From Amphiscolops sp. MND2022 (Eukaryota): a DNA stretch of 64,000 nucleotides. A program made the translations under genes and the position numbers. Location of the stretch: assembly GCA_964187785.1 (NCBI GenBank), contig OZ076409.1:94924001-94988000 (forward strand), written 5' to 3'. Positions 60,180-64,000 of the stretch are shown in pieces. Each line of letters begins with the position of its first letter. Position 1 is the first letter of the stretch. Under the pieces are notes generated by a model. That model was not told the DNA's origin, did no database searches, and saw only the letters and a program-made list of their open reading frames with translations.

Positions 60180-63100
60180 TTGCATATACGCGCAAATTTA
60201 TTCGATCCAAACATCGACCGCCATCTGAACAATACATACAACAAAGAGGCTAACATAAATAAAACAATGACAGTATATACCATTGTTATTAACTACAAAA
60301 ATTTATCAATACATTACACTCCTTTCCGCTTCGAAAACTCTAGTTCGTCCCCAACACAAAATCGCGCGGGTGTGTGGGTAGTTTCTGTTTCTTGTCGAGC
60401 GTCGAAAAGTGGGAGCAGGAGAGACCGGACTGACTTGCGATTCCTTTGCTGGTTCCGCAGATTCAGGTGGCTCACACTGGGTTTCGATATCAGGGTCTAC
60501 GTTGGTCTCTTTGTCTCTGCACTGACCGCCTGGGTACGAGATCGATCCTTGGTTGTTAATTTCCAACGGTTGTCGAGAGAGGCCACTGGTAGGAACCGTG
60601 TCAACTCGCCTATCGCCAAATGGGACTCGTGCAAGGTAAATGGAGATTTCTTCGAATGGTGTGATCACCATCCGTGGCTTGGAACCATCTCTAGCGACAA
60701 AAACTTGTGCCCGCCAGGGAGACGTTGAAACTTGAGTTATGACCTTAGTGAGCATTCGAGTAACCTCGGAATCCATGAAAGCGACGTCTTGCGGTTTGTG
60801 ACGGCACAATTTTGTTGCGATCGGTCTTGCACTATAGACTGTACTGGAGAATATGGTCGGTGGGTGCGATAGGTACAGGCACAACTAGAGCTTGGTGTTT
60901 TGCCCTTACGAATTTCCGGAGGAACCCAGGAGTGTCTGTCTTGAGTAAAGATGCGCTGCTGGAGGGACGGATCAGCGGCTCGCCGCGTTTGAAACAAAAG
61001 AAGCGATCATGGGGATTCTCCTAGGTGACGGTATTGATGAGTGTCCGCATCGACCAGAGCGCCCATGTTACGACACATTCCCAGTCAGAAAATAGGCTGT
61101 TAGCTCAGTGTAAGAGGCACTTAACGGCTTTCCACACAATTCCATTTTAGCGCTCGCTTTGGACATTGCCCTGAGGATGGTAGGGTGTAGTTTTGGAAAT
61201 CGCAACTTTTTTTGACGGCAGTAGTTTTGAAATTCCGATGACACAATCTGTGTTCCCCGGTCGGAGTGAATGTACCCGCGGGTTCCGAAGATGCCAAAAA
61301 CTGTCCAAAGACATTTGATGACGCGACTAGACGTGGTGTTCCGGAGCCGGAAAGCGAACAGAAACCTACTAAACTCATCCACCACTGTGAAAAGGTGGAT
61401 GCTCCGAGTCATCGCTTTAGGGCCAAAAATGTCGATTGATAGTCGCTCCCAAGGTTTGGCGGATCAGATAAGATTAATGACGGGCGGCTTCAAACAGCGC
61501 TGTTTCCATAGAGCGCACATTTTGCAATTCTGAATAACCGTTTTCGCTTCATCTAAGAATATTGGGACTTTGTGTCCTTGAATGGTACTCCTACTGTGCT
61601 CCCGGATGCGCCAGTCTATCGCGTAAGGTTTTACAGCTGGGCTGTATGGTCGCAAATCGAGACAGGGTCTTATTTTTTATTCCGATGGTTCCAAGCGCCA
61701 GCGAATCAACATGTAATATTTTACTCTGGAAGTGTTGGGTCCAAATATGAAAGAGAGCGCCTTTTGGCCGGTGCGAACTAAAACCCGAGACGAACGTAAC
61801 GGCCAAAGGTCTGAGAAACGGCCAAAGACTTCCAAGATAGCCATACCTTCCCGTTCGACAACTGAGTTCCAGACTCGTCGCTTTGGAGAACGAGGGACTC
61901 GTTTGCCTGGGGAAGCCAGAATACAGCGGAGGCAACTTCCTTCTTGAGAATTGCGATAGCCAATCGAGAAGCTTCATTGAGCGGTTGTTTTTGTTCTGCG
62001 AGCAGAGGAGCAACCCTAATTGAGTAATCTGCAACCCACTTTGCGTTGTACACAAAGAATCTTAGAAAACGTTTCAACTGGGACGAGTTTTTGGGGATAG
62101 GGAATTCCATCAGAGTCTTGATTCGGCTCGCGATCGGGGAGTTTAGGTCCAACTTCCATGATATGACCGAGTATTGCACTGTCTTACAGCCAATAACTCA
62201 CTTAGCTTTGTTCAGCGTCAGAACCTCAATCTCCGCCGCTTCAGGAAGTTCCTCAGACTTTCTTGGTCATTCTCCTCGAATCTCCCTGCGATGATCACGT
62301 CATCAAAATATGGGTGCGTTCGCTTCAGGTTTTGCCGGCGCACGAAGGCGGTCATTTCTCGCTGAAATGACGCTACAGCGTTTGTGACCCCAGAGGGAAG
62401 TCCGGTGAACTCCAAACAATTACTTCAAGCGAAGTGAATGGATGAGTTGGAGTGGGATTTGATGATACGTAGACTTCAAATCGATTCTGGAAAAAATAGT
62501 GTTTTCAGCTGCTTGATCAAGTTGGTCTGGCATATTTGGGAAGGGAAACGCATCCTTGGACGTATGACGTTCTATTGTCTGCGAGTCTGTGATCACCATC
62601 CGTGGCTTGGAACCATCTCTAGCGACAAAAACTTGTGCCCGCCAGGGAGACGTTGAAACTTGAGTTATGACCTTAGTGAGCATTCGAGTAACCTCGGAAT
62701 CCATGAAAGCGACGTCTTGCGGTTTGTGACGGCACAATTTTGTTGCGATCGGTCTTGCACTATAGACTGTACTGGAGAATATGGTCGGTGGGTGCGATTT
62801 TCATTTCCGGGAACACCAATTCATTGAGCCCTGCACATATAACAGTCTCTGGTCGATCACCGCCTAACTTCTGTCTGACAGTGATGCGGTCGGAGAACAT
62901 CAAGCAGAATTCGAAAATAACATCCATGAAACAGGCCAGTACTACAAACAACAGCGGCAGTCTCGAGTTCGTCACCAGACGACTGTTGCAAGACCGCAGG
63001 GGTCGATCTACATAACGACGCTTAGTGTCCTGCTGTGGAGCTATTGTGAAAAGTGTCCTTTTTGGCTGGCACTTTCAGCGTAAGTGCTGCTTTAGAGCGC

Positions 63101-64000
63101 AGAACTGAAGCGCGGACGAGGCTTGTTCAAGACCTGTTGGGTAGCGGATGTGCCAGATTGATCAGGATGCCGCTGAGTTGTCTGGGAGAACGGCTTGACC
63201 GCAGCTGCAGTTGAAGATTTAGCGCTTCGAAAAGATTTCGAAAAGTCACATGATAGTTCGATTGCACATGCAAGCGATTTGCAGCTATCGATGTCAGGCT
63301 GAAATTCTACCAGCTCCAATAGGCTTTCTCGAATGTCGTCAGAACTGAGCCCTGATTTTACGGCGTCTCGTACTAGATAGTCTTCAAATGCTTGGACGGT
63401 CAAACTGGTGCTTCCGCAGTCTTCAACAAGTCGTTTCAGCCTTCCAGAAATCTGTAGGATGGATTCGTTGTCCTTTTGACTGGGACTGAGCATTTGATGA
63501 CAAAGTGGCAAAGAGTGGCAAAGAGCACTCTTGTGGATTCAGAAACTGGCTGACAAACGTTCTCAGTGCGTCTGCAAACGTTGCAGAACTTTCAAGGAGA
63601 GTGAAATTGTCGGAGCCGACAAATGTACGAAGGAAAACGACTTTATCAGCATCTTCGGTTGTGCCTTTGATACGTGAACCGTCCGAGAAACTATTTCACG
63701 CTTTTCATTTCTCGAAGAAAAGCTTAGATGGCGATTTGGGTTGTTTAAACTTCAAGAGAGACGGAAGAAGTAATACAGCGCAAAGACATTTGCTACAAAA
63801 ATTTTAAGAAAGTACCGTAGAAGCAGAACAGATGATAGCTACGAGGAACGTAAGAAAATACAGTAGTAGCGGAAAAGACGATAGGTATGAGGAACTTAGG
63901 AAAAAACCTCAGTAGCAGGATGGACAGTAGCTACGAGGAACCTAAAAAAGTACCGTAGTAGCAGAATAGTGAAGTCGCTCATCTGAAGACAGTCTACGTG
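60180..64000 (-). mobile_element. Degenerate Ty3/Gypsy LTR retrotransposon
   Basis: Domain order gag, RT (FSRIDLKSTYHQIPL, PYFDDVII), RNase H (LVLQSD), integrase (CKMC, VVDEFSRF, YIHSDRGTQ), with many frameshifts. Purine tract then TGTAAT at 60318 suggests a short 3' LTR; the 5' LTR is not seen in the window. Confidence 0.9.

Overview
Eukaryotic (most likely animal), AT-rich, very repeat-dense window. One complete protein-coding gene can be rebuilt by hand: a divergent IFT140 (IFT-A core subunit, WD40 + TPR) on the minus strand. It has 30 coding exons from 56836 to 4118, all GT-AG and phase-consistent, totalling 4977 nt (1658 aa). The introns and flanks are packed with transposons. These include at least four families of non-autonomous Helentron-like elements (subterminal inverted repeats, terminal hairpin, no TSD) that nest in each other, share internal modules, carry tRNA-like heads, and in one case contain an expanding ~173-bp tandem array. 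Also present are an interrupted DD34E Tc1 element, many hAT-type MITEs with 8-bp TSDs, TA-flanked MITEs, LINE remnants and a decayed Gypsy element at the right end. The most notable local event is a hAT-type insertion whose 8-bp TSD is exactly the 3' splice acceptor of IFT140 exon 24. Most short ORFs in the supplied track are repeat-derived noise. Homology calls come from recalled protein motifs, not database searches, and the species cannot be determined from the sequence.
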